Of a DNA stretch of 64,000 bases, positions 30,179 through 39,488 are shown one piece after another. The notes under the pieces are model-generated. The model was not told the origin of the DNA. It made no database searches and saw nothing but the letters and a program-made list of their open reading frames with translations. This DNA is from Lachnospiraceae bacterium (GTDB taxonomy: Bacteria > Bacillota > Clostridia > Lachnospirales > Lachnospiraceae), in assembly GCA_900766575.1 (NCBI GenBank), contig CAAFVW010000116.1:4438-68437 (forward strand). Direction: 5' to 3'. Each line of letters begins with the position of its first letter. The stretch's first letter is position 1. A program made the translations under genes and the position numbers.

Positions 30179-30970
30179 TTAGTCCTCTTCGACCTCCGCC
30201 TTTGCAGCCTTCGCAGCCGCCCGTTTTGCCTTCTGGTCAGCCTTGAATTTCTCGGCTTCCTCATCGGTGCGGAAAGCAGAATGACCGACTAACTTCTCCA
30301 TCAGAACCTTGCGGGTGTCTTTGCTATCCTTGCCGCCCAAGCCAAGCTGGATGAGCCAGATGCGGAAATAGTATTTTTCATTCTCCGGCTTCTGCTCGGC
30401 AGGACTGACCCGCTTGGTTTCCTTGGCCTTGGCAAGCATTGCCGCTGCCAGCTCCGTGTAGGCTTTGCTACGCTCCGGCTCATTGGAAAGCGGAAAGATA
30501 AGGATCACCGCCGTGTCGGAAAAGCTGATGCCCCTGGTTTCGCCCAGGTTCGCCCAGAAAAGGCTGAGAAACTCGTCCTTGGTGGTTGGCGGATTGTCCT
30601 GCAAAGCCGCCACCAGCCCCTCGCTGACCGCCACACCAGCCCGACCAGTTGCCTTGTTCAGAAGGTACTGCTTGCTGTGGAGCATGAATACCAGATTCTT
30701 GAGCTGGACACCATCCATAGCCTCGATGGGGAGGTTGATGTTCAGATACTCAATGGTCGGCTCTACAAAGCCGTTTTCCTCCAGGAATGCCCGGAACTCG
30801 GCTTTTTCCTCTTCCGTTTCGGAAGTGATGACTCCATCCCGGTCAATGAGGTAGGGACCGACTGCATAAGCGAAGCTCGGTGGTCCCATGTAGCGGAGTT
30901 CCTTGCCGGAATACTCTGCGATGGCTTTCGCCATTGCTTTTCTGTCAGATGATACTGTTTCAATTCGCAT
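30179..30970 (-). CDS. Phage protein sharing terminal motifs with the amidoligase
   Basis: YMGPPSFAY near the N-terminus; ENEKYYFRIWLIQLG...GHSAFR at the C-terminus. Confidence 0.8.
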   Translation of the reverse strand: MRIETVSSDRKAMAKAIAEYSGKELRYMGPPSFAYAVGPYLIDRDGVITSETEEEKAEFRAFLEENGFVEPTIEYLNINLPIEAMDGVQLKNLVFMLHSKQYLLNKATGRAGVAVSEGLVAALQDNPPTTKDEFLSLFWANLGETRGISFSDTAVILIFPLSNEPERSKAYTELAAAMLAKAKETKRVSPAEQKPENEKYYFRIWLIQLGLGGKDSKDTRKVLMEKLVGHSAFRTDEEAEKFKADQKAKRAAAKAAKAEVEED

Positions 30971-30992
30971 AATGTATGCCTCCTTTGCTTTG

Positions 30993-31030
30993 GGTAGTAC
31001 ATTAATCACTCTGAAGGGCATATAAGTCAA
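30993..31030 (-). promoter_or_regulatory. 38-bp repeated promoter-like element
   Basis: TTGACT-N12-AGAG-N10-ACTACC. Confidence 0.65.
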
Positions 31031-31055
31031 GCAAATCGAGCAATCTTTATCATCT

Positions 31056-32795
31056 TTATTTTTCGTTGCCGTTCAGCACCCATGCGATGCCGGAAAGCAC
31101 GAAAAACACACAGGGAAGTGCCACGCCGTTGCCCCACATCTTATACTCTGCGGCATCGGCATGGGGAGCTTTCAGCCATTTGATGACCTGGTTTCGGGTC
31201 TTCGGTTTTGTGCCGCTACCCATGATCTTACGATGCGTTTCCAAGATTTCTGTCCAGGTTTCGATGTCGGACTCCGTAGGCTCCGGCGTTCCAAGGTCGG
31301 AACACCACCAGTCCGCAAAGCCCTGCAATCTGGCACACTCGGTCGGAGTCAGACGGCGGACAAAGAACACAGGCGGTTCATCCTCGCTGCCGGACACGAC
31401 TGGGGCATCCTTATAATCTCTGGAGAGCAATGTTGGGGAAGTGTCCTTGGTGACCTGGGCATAATAGCCTGTGGTCATGGCATAGACAGCGTGGCGGTCT
31501 GCAGTGTTCAGAGTAAACGAAACATCCTTATTGATGCCATCCCCCTGGGGACCGTTCTTTTCTGTTCTGCCGATCATGGAACCCTGCAGTGCATAGCTTT
31601 CCACGATGGCGATGCCGCCCTGGTTGCAAGATGGATTGCCACAAGCTCGATCAAGCGTCCGGGAAGTATCCGCTTCATAAATCCCACTGTGGGGATTATC
31701 CGAAAGCATGGAATTGCTCTGGTCGGAACAGATGCCAAAAGCTCTCGGAACGAATAATGCTTGGTCGTTATTGCAGGAAAGGGTCGCAGACTTGTCCTCC
31801 TGGATGAGCGCACCCTTGCCACCGCCCTCACAACCACTGCGGATCTTAAGGGTCTTGGGCGTTTCCACCACAAAGGGCTGGTTGTTGCCGCCCATTCCAT
31901 AGGTAGCCGAAACTGTCTGTGCAGTTTCCAGTGGTCCCTTATACCGCGTGTCCTGTGAATGGTTCTCGAACACAAGCGGTGGATGGTGGGATTCAGCCCG
32001 GAGGGTGCAGGTGACCTCATGGGTCACATCCATGCGGTTGCCGCCCTGGTCGTTTAGGACGATGCCGTTTCCGCAGCGTTCGCCTGTCTCTCCAGAGCAA
32101 GGCGAAGCACCTCTGGCAGTTCTTTGCCACGCACGGAAGCTCTCCGCAGAATACCCTGACACGCCTTCGGACTCAAATAATACTTTTCCGGCACACCCGC
32201 CAGCAAGATCTGCGACAAGGAAGATGCGGCGTCTTCGCTGGGGGACTCCCCAGTATTGAGCATCGAGAGTTCTGTATGCAAGGCTCCATCCCTCTCCCAT
32301 ATAAATGTCGGCGTAGGGCCATCGGTTCTTTTCAGGCATAGGCACCTCGGTTCCCGGACAGACAACACTGATGACCGCTTCGAGGACGGCTTTGAAGTCC
32401 TCGCCTTTGTTTGAGGAGAAAGCCCCTGGGACATTCTCCCACACGATAAATCGTGGATATTCTCCATTGGTCGCACACCTCATTTCTTTTATGATTCGGA
32501 TTGCCTGGTAAAACAGGCTGGATTGCTTACCATCCAGTCCGGCTCTCTTGCCCGCAATGGACATATCCGTGCAGGGAGAGCCGAAGGTGATAATGTCGAC
32601 AGGCTCGACCTCACCGCCGTTCATGCCGGAGATATCACCATAGTGTTTCATAAAGGGCAGGCGTTTGGTGGTCACCCGGATGGGGAATGGCTCGACCTCG
32701 GATGCCCACAGCGGCGTAATGCCAGAGAGTAATCCGCCGAGCGGGAACCCGCCAGAGCCATCAAACAGACTGCCAAGAGTTAGATTCTTATTCAT
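31056..32795 (-). CDS. DNA (cytosine-5) methyltransferase with long variable region
   Basis: SLFDGSGG, FGSPC, WENVPG, PQRRRRIF, RRLTPTECARLQGF and GNGV. Confidence 0.93.
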   Translation of the reverse strand: MNKNLTLGSLFDGSGGFPLGGLLSGITPLWASEVEPFPIRVTTKRLPFMKHYGDISGMNGGEVEPVDIITFGSPCTDMSIAGKRAGLDGKQSSLFYQAIRIIKEMRCATNGEYPRFIVWENVPGAFSSNKGEDFKAVLEAVISVVCPGTEVPMPEKNRWPYADIYMGEGWSLAYRTLDAQYWGVPQRRRRIFLVADLAGGCAGKVLFESEGVSGYSAESFRAWQRTARGASPCSGETGERCGNGIVLNDQGGNRMDVTHEVTCTLRAESHHPPLVFENHSQDTRYKGPLETAQTVSATYGMGGNNQPFVVETPKTLKIRSGCEGGGKGALIQEDKSATLSCNNDQALFVPRAFGICSDQSNSMLSDNPHSGIYEADTSRTLDRACGNPSCNQGGIAIVESYALQGSMIGRTEKNGPQGDGINKDVSFTLNTADRHAVYAMTTGYYAQVTKDTSPTLLSRDYKDAPVVSGSEDEPPVFFVRRLTPTECARLQGFADWWCSDLGTPEPTESDIETWTEILETHRKIMGSGTKPKTRNQVIKWLKAPHADAAEYKMWGNGVALPCVFFVLSGIAWVLNGNEK

Positions 32796-34029
32796 GGACA
32801 GCTACCTCCGCATACGACAGCTTGCTACCATCACGAATCGCAAAAACACCGTCCGAAGAACCAACTGCTTCGATATAGCGGTTGACGATGACATCCACAA
32901 ACTTTTCATCCAGCTCGATACCATAGCAGATGCGGTTCGTTTCCTCACAAGCCATGAGTGTGGAGCCGGAACCGAGGAACGGGTCAAGCACGATGCAGTT
33001 GCTCATGCTGGAGTTCTGGATGGGGTACGCCATCAGAGCAACAGGCTTCATGGTCGGATGCTCCTTAGAAGATTTCGGACGATCATACTCCCAGATGGTG
33101 GTCTGCTTGCGGTCGGCATACCACTGGTGTTTGCCGCCAAGCTTCCAACCAAACAGGCACGGCTCGTGCTGCCACTGATACGGAGAACGACCAAGAACCA
33201 GAGCATTCTTCTTCCAGATACAGCAGCCGGACAGGTAGAACCCGGCATCGTGGAACGCCTGCCGGAAGATCAGTCCCTTGGAGTCCGCATGGAATACATA
33301 GATGCTTGCATCCGTTTCCATGTTCTGCTCCACATTTACAAACATGGAGAACAGGAATTTGTAGAAATCCTCATCGGACATATTGTCGTTCTTGATCTTC
33401 CCAGCGGTTTCCTCCACATTTACATTGTAGGGCGGGTCCGTCAAAACCATGTTGGCCCGGCGGCCCTCCATCAGAGTGGTGTAGGTTTCCGGCAAAGTGG
33501 AATCGCCGCAGACCAAACGATGCCGACCAAGGAGCCAGATGTCACCAGCTTTGGACATCGTAGGCTTCTGTAACTCTGCATCCACATCAAAATCGTCCTC
33601 TTTGATTTCCTTGTTGTGTACCTTGGAAAAGAGCTGCTCGATCTCTGGGGCTTCAAAACCAGTAAAGTCCGTGTTAAAATCCGCAGACTGCAAATCCACG
33701 ATGAGGTCAGCCAAGAGCTGTTCGTTCCAGGCACCCGTGATTTTATTGAGGGCAATATTCAGGGCCTTTACCTTATTTTCGTCCTCGATGTGAACCATCA
33801 CACACTGGACTTCGGTATATCCCAGATCTTTGAGGACGGTCAGACGCTGGTGACCACCGATGACCGTCATATCATAATTGACGATGATCGGCTCCACATA
33901 GCCAAACTCCTGGATGGAGTTTTTGATCTTCTCATATTCCTTATCGCCGGGTTTCAGTTTCTTGCGAGGGTTATATGCTGCCGGACGGAGTGCATCCACC
34001 GACAGTGTTTTCCATTCCATAGCACTCAT
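32788..34029 (-). CDS. ParB-N domain fused to N4/N6 DNA methyltransferase
   Basis: YNPRK...IGGHQR ParB-like region; TDPPYN, HPTMKP and DPFLGSGST. Confidence 0.93.
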   Translation of the reverse strand: MSAMEWKTLSVDALRPAAYNPRKKLKPGDKEYEKIKNSIQEFGYVEPIIVNYDMTVIGGHQRLTVLKDLGYTEVQCVMVHIEDENKVKALNIALNKITGAWNEQLLADLIVDLQSADFNTDFTGFEAPEIEQLFSKVHNKEIKEDDFDVDAELQKPTMSKAGDIWLLGRHRLVCGDSTLPETYTTLMEGRRANMVLTDPPYNVNVEETAGKIKNDNMSDEDFYKFLFSMFVNVEQNMETDASIYVFHADSKGLIFRQAFHDAGFYLSGCCIWKKNALVLGRSPYQWQHEPCLFGWKLGGKHQWYADRKQTTIWEYDRPKSSKEHPTMKPVALMAYPIQNSSMSNCIVLDPFLGSGSTLMACEETNRICYGIELDEKFVDVIVNRYIEAVGSSDGVFAIRDGSKLSYAEVAVHE

Positions 34030-34505
34030 GCTTTTTCCTCCTCTGTCACGGCAGGGCTTATATATGGTTCTCTGCCATCTTCTTCACGCCAAAACCTATC
34101 TCGCACATAGCAGGCGTGAGAACAATATTTTCTGTTTCGATTACCGTAGGCAGAAAAGGTCTTGCCACAGTAAGCACATTTCTTTTCATAGTAGGCTGTA
34201 GGCTTTCGGTTGATGTCGGTCTGATGCGCCGCCCACCAATTCCTTCTGCATTCATCTGAGCAGAATTTTCTCTTCCGGCCGGTGGTAGGCTGTTCGATTT
34301 CCTTACCGCAACACTGACACGCTGTTCCGGCTTCCATCTGCTCTTTCATATTGAGGGTGAGTTCCGTAGCGAAACCATCCAGGCCGTGGCTCTTGCAATA
34401 GTTGCGGACGATGTCACGGGAAAGACCGACAACCGAAGCAATGGCTCGATAGCCAGTGCCGCGAAGTCGCAGGTCACGGATCTGTTTTGCCTGAAATTCA
34501 GTCAT
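34026..34505 (-). CDS. HTH + Cys-rich zinc-finger protein
   Basis: GYRAIASVVGLSRDIVRNYC HTH; CQCCG, FCSDECR, CAYCG and YCSHAC. Confidence 0.75.
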   Translation of the reverse strand: MTEFQAKQIRDLRLRGTGYRAIASVVGLSRDIVRNYCKSHGLDGFATELTLNMKEQMEAGTACQCCGKEIEQPTTGRKRKFCSDECRRNWWAAHQTDINRKPTAYYEKKCAYCGKTFSAYGNRNRKYCSHACYVRDRFWREEDGREPYISPAVTEEEKA

Positions 34506-34807
34506 TGCTTCACATCCTTTCGCTAAAAAGTGAGTTAAAAAAAGGCCATAAAACCACTGTTTCCAGTAGGGTTTTACAGCCAAATAGAAAACAAATCAGC
34601 AAAAGCACCGCTACCGCCCAGCCGGAAAAGGATAGGCATTCTCGGTGCTTTCGCTATTTTTTATGAAATTTTCGGTTCCGTACTGGGGGTGCTGGGGTAT
34701 CCCCCTTATTAAATTCTGCGATTTTACACGCTTGAGGGGGCGCCGGTCTTTCCGCACCCCGATAACAGAGATTTGACCCGCCCCTGGGGTGCAAGGGTGG
34801 TGTGCAA

Positions 34808-35173
34808 TCAGTAGCGGAACTCCTGGTATCGATCTTCTGTCATGGTCTTGGTATCATGGCAGTGCTTGCAGAGCGGTTGCCAGTTGTTCCGATCCCAGAA
34901 CAGTTTCTGGTCACCGCGATGGGGAACGATATGGTCAACCACCGTGGCACGAACATACTTACCACTGGCAAGGCAACGGACACACAACGGGTGTGCTTGG
35001 AGGAAGGCTTTGCTCTCCCTACGCCATCTGCTGCCGTACCCACGCTTGCCAGCGGGTCGTGTCGTTTCAGGGTGCAGGGCTTTGTGTTCCTCGCAGTACA
35101 TCGTACCGTAGGGAACGAGCCTTGCACAGCCGGGGTGCTTGCATGGTGTGTTCGGACGATGCGGCATGGTCAC
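34808..35173 (-). CDS. HNH endonuclease (packaging-associated)
   Basis: LCVRC...VDHIVPHRG...NWQPLCKHCHD. Confidence 0.92.
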   Translation of the reverse strand: MTMPHRPNTPCKHPGCARLVPYGTMYCEEHKALHPETTRPAGKRGYGSRWRRESKAFLQAHPLCVRCLASGKYVRATVVDHIVPHRGDQKLFWDRNNWQPLCKHCHDTKTMTEDRYQEFRY

Positions 35174-36219
35174 TCCTCCCAGGGAAGACCAGCCTTGCCG
35201 AAATGTCCGTAGGCACTGACCTGGTTGTAATCCACATCCAGCAAGCCCAGCTCCTTGATAATGCCAGCCGGAGTCAGATTATAGTTTGCTCTGATCCAGT
35301 CCTTAATCTCACCAAGGGATACACGCTCAGTACCAAAGCACTCGACTGCCACAGACACAGGTTCGGCCACGCCGATGACGTATGCCAACTGCACCTCGCA
35401 CTTACGCACCTGTCCAGAACGGACGAGGTCTTTAGCGATCTTCCTTGCCATATACGCTCCGCTCCTATCGACCTTGGTAGGGTCTTTGCCGGAAAACGCA
35501 CCACCGCCGTGTCTGCACATACCACCATAGGTGTCAGCGATAATCTTTCTGCCAGTCAACCCGGAATCTGCAAAAGAAGAACCGACCACGAAACGGCCGG
35601 TCGGATTGACCAGTTTCTCGAAGTCGGTGTTCAAATCGTAGTCCTGGGCGGCAGTTTCCATGACCGCTTGCACCAGAGGACGAATATCCATAACGCTGGT
35701 GTCCTCCCAGTGCTGGGTGCTGATAAGAAATGTGGTAATGCGACCTGTGTCATAATCATAGGAAACCTGTGCTTTCGCATCCGGCAAAAGCAACGGAGAT
35801 TTCAGCTCACGCAGAAGCTCAAGAGCGTGTGTCGCTACCGCATAGGGAATCGGCAACATCTCTGGGGTTTCATCGGTCGCATAGCCGAACATCATACCCT
35901 GGTCACCAGCACCAGAATTACCATCGACACCAAGAGCGATATCCGGGCTCTGCTTGCTGATATACACAGTCACACGGTACTCTTCCGGATCAGAAAGACC
36001 AATGCGGGAAAGTACCTCTGTGACCAGAGCTTTATAGTCCGGCTCATAGCTGGAAGTGATCTCTCCGGCAATGATGACCTCATAATCTTTAATCATGCAC
36101 TCTGCTGCCACACGGCTGTTTCTGTCATGGGACAGGCAGGCGGTAACAATGGCATCCGAAATCTGGTCGCAGATTTTATCCGGGTGTCCGCATGAAACCT
36201 GCTCACTCGTAAAAATCAT
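35170..36219 (-). CDS. metK: Phage S-adenosylmethionine synthetase
   Basis: FTSEQVSCGHPDKICDQISD, GAGDQG, GLTGRKII and GGGAFSGKDPTKVDRSGAY. Confidence 0.95.
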   Translation of the reverse strand: MIFTSEQVSCGHPDKICDQISDAIVTACLSHDRNSRVAAECMIKDYEVIIAGEITSSYEPDYKALVTEVLSRIGLSDPEEYRVTVYISKQSPDIALGVDGNSGAGDQGMMFGYATDETPEMLPIPYAVATHALELLRELKSPLLLPDAKAQVSYDYDTGRITTFLISTQHWEDTSVMDIRPLVQAVMETAAQDYDLNTDFEKLVNPTGRFVVGSSFADSGLTGRKIIADTYGGMCRHGGGAFSGKDPTKVDRSGAYMARKIAKDLVRSGQVRKCEVQLAYVIGVAEPVSVAVECFGTERVSLGEIKDWIRANYNLTPAGIIKELGLLDVDYNQVSAYGHFGKAGLPWEE

Positions 36220-36277
36220 AGAAAAAATCCTCCTTTCGTATGTACGGATGCGTGAAAGGATGAAAGACGCATCCGGC

Positions 36278-36392
36278 CAAGAAAAAAGAGCCTACGGAAA
36301 ACTCCGCAGACCCTCATTGCTTTTCTGGCAAGTATAATAATATCACATCGAAATGGAAAAGTCAGTGCAAGACCAGTGCAAACTTTTCATCG
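36278..36392 (-). promoter_or_regulatory. Putative late promoter with tandem activator sites and leader hairpin
   Basis: TTGCACTG twice, then TGTGATATTAT, then a GAGGGTCTGCGGA...TCCGTAGGCTC-T-tract hairpin. Confidence 0.5.
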
Positions 36393-36395
36393 GAA

Positions 36396-36587
36396 TTACT
36401 GTAAAGAATCCGACACCTCATCTACGATATCCTGCTTTGTCCCTCTCGTGGAGCAACCGCTGTTTGCGAACTTCTCAAGTAAGGCATTGACCTCTTTGTT
36501 TTCTTCTGCCGAGAGCTCTGGAAACCAGATAGAAAAATCATCATCTCCGTGCTTATAAATGACACCAGCAATCTGTGTAGTATCCAT
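36396..36587 (-). CDS. Small hypothetical protein
   Basis: AGGAGGT RBS, 63 aa. Confidence 0.5.
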   Translation of the reverse strand: MDTTQIAGVIYKHGDDDFSIWFPELSAEENKEVNALLEKFANSGCSTRGTKQDIVDEVSDSLQ

Positions 36588-36674
36588 ATCGACCGTAGCA
36601 CCTCCTAAATTTCGTATCTGAAGTATACCATAAACCGCGGCTCTTATCAAATCAATAGCTCTTTTAGTTCAGTT

Positions 36675-37160
36675 TTATTTTCGCAGGCTGTCAATCCACT
36701 TGTACTTCTCGCTCCTAAAACGCTCAATAAATTCATCGCTATCTTTGTAATGGTGCCCTATAAGATTCGGACGAATATCATCACGAACAGAAAGTAATAA
36801 ATCTTTTGGAGCGTTATTATCTGCCAAGGACATCATAGCAAGAGCATATCCGGCATACAGACCATCTATATAACCTGTCTGTTTCATATTTTCCAACAGC
36901 AGTTTATCGGGTAACCCTAAATAACCTTTTGGCACGAGTCCTTCTTCTACAAGCTGCGCCGACCAGGAGGCTAAAATTTCCTTTTCATCTTCCTTGCTAA
37001 ACAACTGATTAAAATCAACGCTTTCAACCTTCTCCTGCATGAAAGCAAAAACCTTATTTATCAGCACTACTCCCAAAGCGGTTAATCCCTGATTGGTTTC
37101 CTGCTTTAGGCTATCCGCCACGCCTTCGCCCAAGCGTACACCATTCTCGTTATCCGTCAT
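36675..37160 (-). CDS. Hypothetical moron protein
   Basis: AAGGAGG RBS, own TTGAGC...TGGTATTAT promoter-like sequence, lower GC. Confidence 0.7.
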   Translation of the reverse strand: MTDNENGVRLGEGVADSLKQETNQGLTALGVVLINKVFAFMQEKVESVDFNQLFSKEDEKEILASWSAQLVEEGLVPKGYLGLPDKLLLENMKQTGYIDGLYAGYALAMMSLADNNAPKDLLLSVRDDIRPNLIGHHYKDSDEFIERFRSEKYKWIDSLRK

Positions 37161-37269
37161 ATGTATGGCCTCCTTGATTATTCTGCTAAACCCAACCCTA
37201 TAATACCACATTTTTACACACCGCTCAATATACCAAAAGAGCAGCCACCACTACAGTGACTGCTCTTTC

Positions 37270-37635
37270 TCAATTATATCGCTCCACGGCACCAATCTGG
37301 ATTTGCAGGGCTTTTGTCAGCTTGGTCATAACAGTATCATCGCTTACGGCACCACGCCGTTCCAACAAATACTTCTTGTCGATTGTTTCCACCTGCTCGG
37401 CCAGAGCCAGGCTGTTCTGCGGCAGACCCGTTCCACACCCTCGTGGGATGTAGACATGGGTGGGAAGCATCCTTTTCTTATAGATTTTGGAAGTCAGCGG
37501 AACGACCGTGATGACCGGGGAATGCTCATTTGCACGGTTGTTGCTCACGATGACCGCCGGACGGATACCGCTCTGCTTACAGGTGTCTATGTTCTGACCG
37601 AAATCCACGAAATAAATATCTCCACGTTTACACAT
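37270..37635 (-). CDS. PemK/MazF-family protein
   Basis: RGDIYFVD, QSGIRPAVIVSN, VVPLTS and LAEQVETIDK. Confidence 0.92.
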   Translation of the reverse strand: MCKRGDIYFVDFGQNIDTCKQSGIRPAVIVSNNRANEHSPVITVVPLTSKIYKKRMLPTHVYIPRGCGTGLPQNSLALAEQVETIDKKYLLERRGAVSDDTVMTKLTKALQIQIGAVERYN

Positions 37636-37650
37636 CGTAGTCCACCTCGC

Positions 37651-38142
37651 TTAGCTCAGCATATACGCCACGACTTCGTCATCATGACGCTGATACATTT
37701 TTTCCAGTTCCACAATAGCCTTGGCCCGATAGTTGCCGACCGTTCTCCGGCTGATATAATGCTTTTCCGCTACCTTGTCCCAGGTCATCTGACCAAAGAC
37801 CAAATCAGAAAGCACCGTTCCTGGCATCCCACTGACGGATTTGACCGCACTCTCGAAAAAGCGAAGCTCCTCCGTCAGATCCAGATATTCCTTTTCCAGA
37901 TGCTCGTACCATTCCTGGTTGATACGCTCCATCCGCTCCCGGTAGTTCAGGGCAATGCTGGCGGTCTTATTGGCGGTGCCGCTGGTCTGCACCCGTTCAC
38001 CCTCCGGCTGGGAGAAATACATCGTATCAATCATCTCCTGTTCCGTGATGCCTCGAAAATCAGAAATCTGGTGGAACAGGCAACGCTGCTCCGTTTTCAT
38101 TTTCGGGTAATCACGGATAAGCTGTTCTATCCTTTCGCTCAT
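37651..38142 (-). CDS. Putative late transcriptional activator (RinA/ArpU-like)
   Basis: C-terminal sigma-r4-like HTH TWDKVAEKHYISRRTV; ERVQTS; lies after the replication module. Confidence 0.65.
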   Translation of the reverse strand: MSERIEQLIRDYPKMKTEQRCLFHQISDFRGITEQEMIDTMYFSQPEGERVQTSGTANKTASIALNYRERMERINQEWYEHLEKEYLDLTEELRFFESAVKSVSGMPGTVLSDLVFGQMTWDKVAEKHYISRRTVGNYRAKAIVELEKMYQRHDDEVVAYMLS

Positions 38143-38144
38143 TC

Positions 38145-39488
38145 CTAACCTCCAATTCTCGCCCGAACCGCCTCGATCAGAGCCGACTGGCGTGTATCCT
38201 TATTTTCCAAAGCCCGCATGACATCCTCGTCATGAGTGCCTTTCGTGACAATGTGGTGGATGACCACCGTGTGTTTTTGCCCCTGCCGCCAGAGTCTTGC
38301 ATTCAACTGCTGGTACAGCTCCAGCGACCAGGTAAGTCCGAACCAGACAATGGTGCAACCTCCATCCTGCAGATTCAGACCATGTCCAGCCGATGCCGGG
38401 TGGATCAGTGCAAGTGGGATCTTTCCGGCATTCCAGTCATCGATGTCCTTTCCCATATCGATGCACCTGGCATTTTTGAACCGAGCCTTGATACGCTGGA
38501 GGTCGTGCTTATACCAGTAAGCCACCAGAAGGGGCTTGCCGTTTGCTCCTTCTACCAAATCTTCCAGGGCATCCAGCTTTCTGTCATGGATGGGGATGAC
38601 CTTCTTGTCTTCGCCGTACACTGCACCATTCGCCATCTGCAATAATTTGTTTGAAAGTGCTGCGGCGTTGGTAGCATCCAGTTCCTCATCACCGATGGAT
38701 AAAACCATATCTTTCTGAAAGTCATCGTACAGCTTCCGTTCCTTCGGACTCATGGAAACCTCAATGCGGTTATCGATCCGCTCCGGCATATCCAGATAAT
38801 CTGTAGCTTTCATAGAAATACAGATATCTGAAATCAAAGCGTAAATCGCATCTTCTGCACCTTCACGGGGTTTGTAGCTGTAGATGATTTCCCGGTTCCG
38901 CTTATCCGGCAGGAAGAACCGATCACGGAAACCACCGATGAACCGACCGAGCCGCTGTCCCATATCCATCAGATACATCTGGGGCCACAGATCCAGCAGT
39001 GTGTTCGGGGCCGGTGTACCTGTCAGACCAACGATGCGGGTGACCATCGGACGAACCTTTTTCATAGCTTTGAACCGTTCTGCCTTATTGGACTTAAAGC
39101 TCGACAGCTCATCGATCACGACCATGTCGAAATCCCAGTAATGGCTCTTCACCAGCCATGCCACATTTTCACGATTGATGATATACAGAAATGCTTTTCT
39201 CTGCAGGGCGGCTTTCCGTTCTGCTGCAGAACCCAGGACCAGGGAGGAGGTAAGGCCGGTGAGGTGTTCCCATTTTGCCAGTTCCTTTGGCCATGTATCT
39301 TCAGCCACTCTCTTCGGAGCAATTACCAGAACTCGGCTCACATCGAAGCTGTCCAGTGCCAACTGCCACAGAGCCGTAAGGGTGATGACCGTTTTCCCAA
39401 GACCCATATCCAGCATCAGGCAGCAGATGCTCTGATTCAGAATGAAGTCTGTGGCGAACTGCTGGTAGTTATGCGGTTTGTATTTCAT
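38145..39488 (-). CDS. SNF2-family helicase
   Basis: DMGLGKT, VIDELS, LTGTP, GHGLNLQ and RLWRQGQ. Confidence 0.93.
   Translation of the reverse strand: MKYKPHNYQQFATDFILNQSICCLMLDMGLGKTVITLTALWQLALDSFDVSRVLVIAPKRVAEDTWPKELAKWEHLTGLTSSLVLGSAAERKAALQRKAFLYIINRENVAWLVKSHYWDFDMVVIDELSSFKSNKAERFKAMKKVRPMVTRIVGLTGTPAPNTLLDLWPQMYLMDMGQRLGRFIGGFRDRFFLPDKRNREIIYSYKPREGAEDAIYALISDICISMKATDYLDMPERIDNRIEVSMSPKERKLYDDFQKDMVLSIGDEELDATNAAALSNKLLQMANGAVYGEDKKVIPIHDRKLDALEDLVEGANGKPLLVAYWYKHDLQRIKARFKNARCIDMGKDIDDWNAGKIPLALIHPASAGHGLNLQDGGCTIVWFGLTWSLELYQQLNARLWRQGQKHTVVIHHIVTKGTHDEDVMRALENKDTRQSALIEAVRARIGG

Noticed and set aside
27570..31030. Repeated elements as a CRISPR array or integron attC sites
   Set aside because: Separated by whole genes with irregular spacing, promoter/RBS-like layout, and no tyrosine integron integrase
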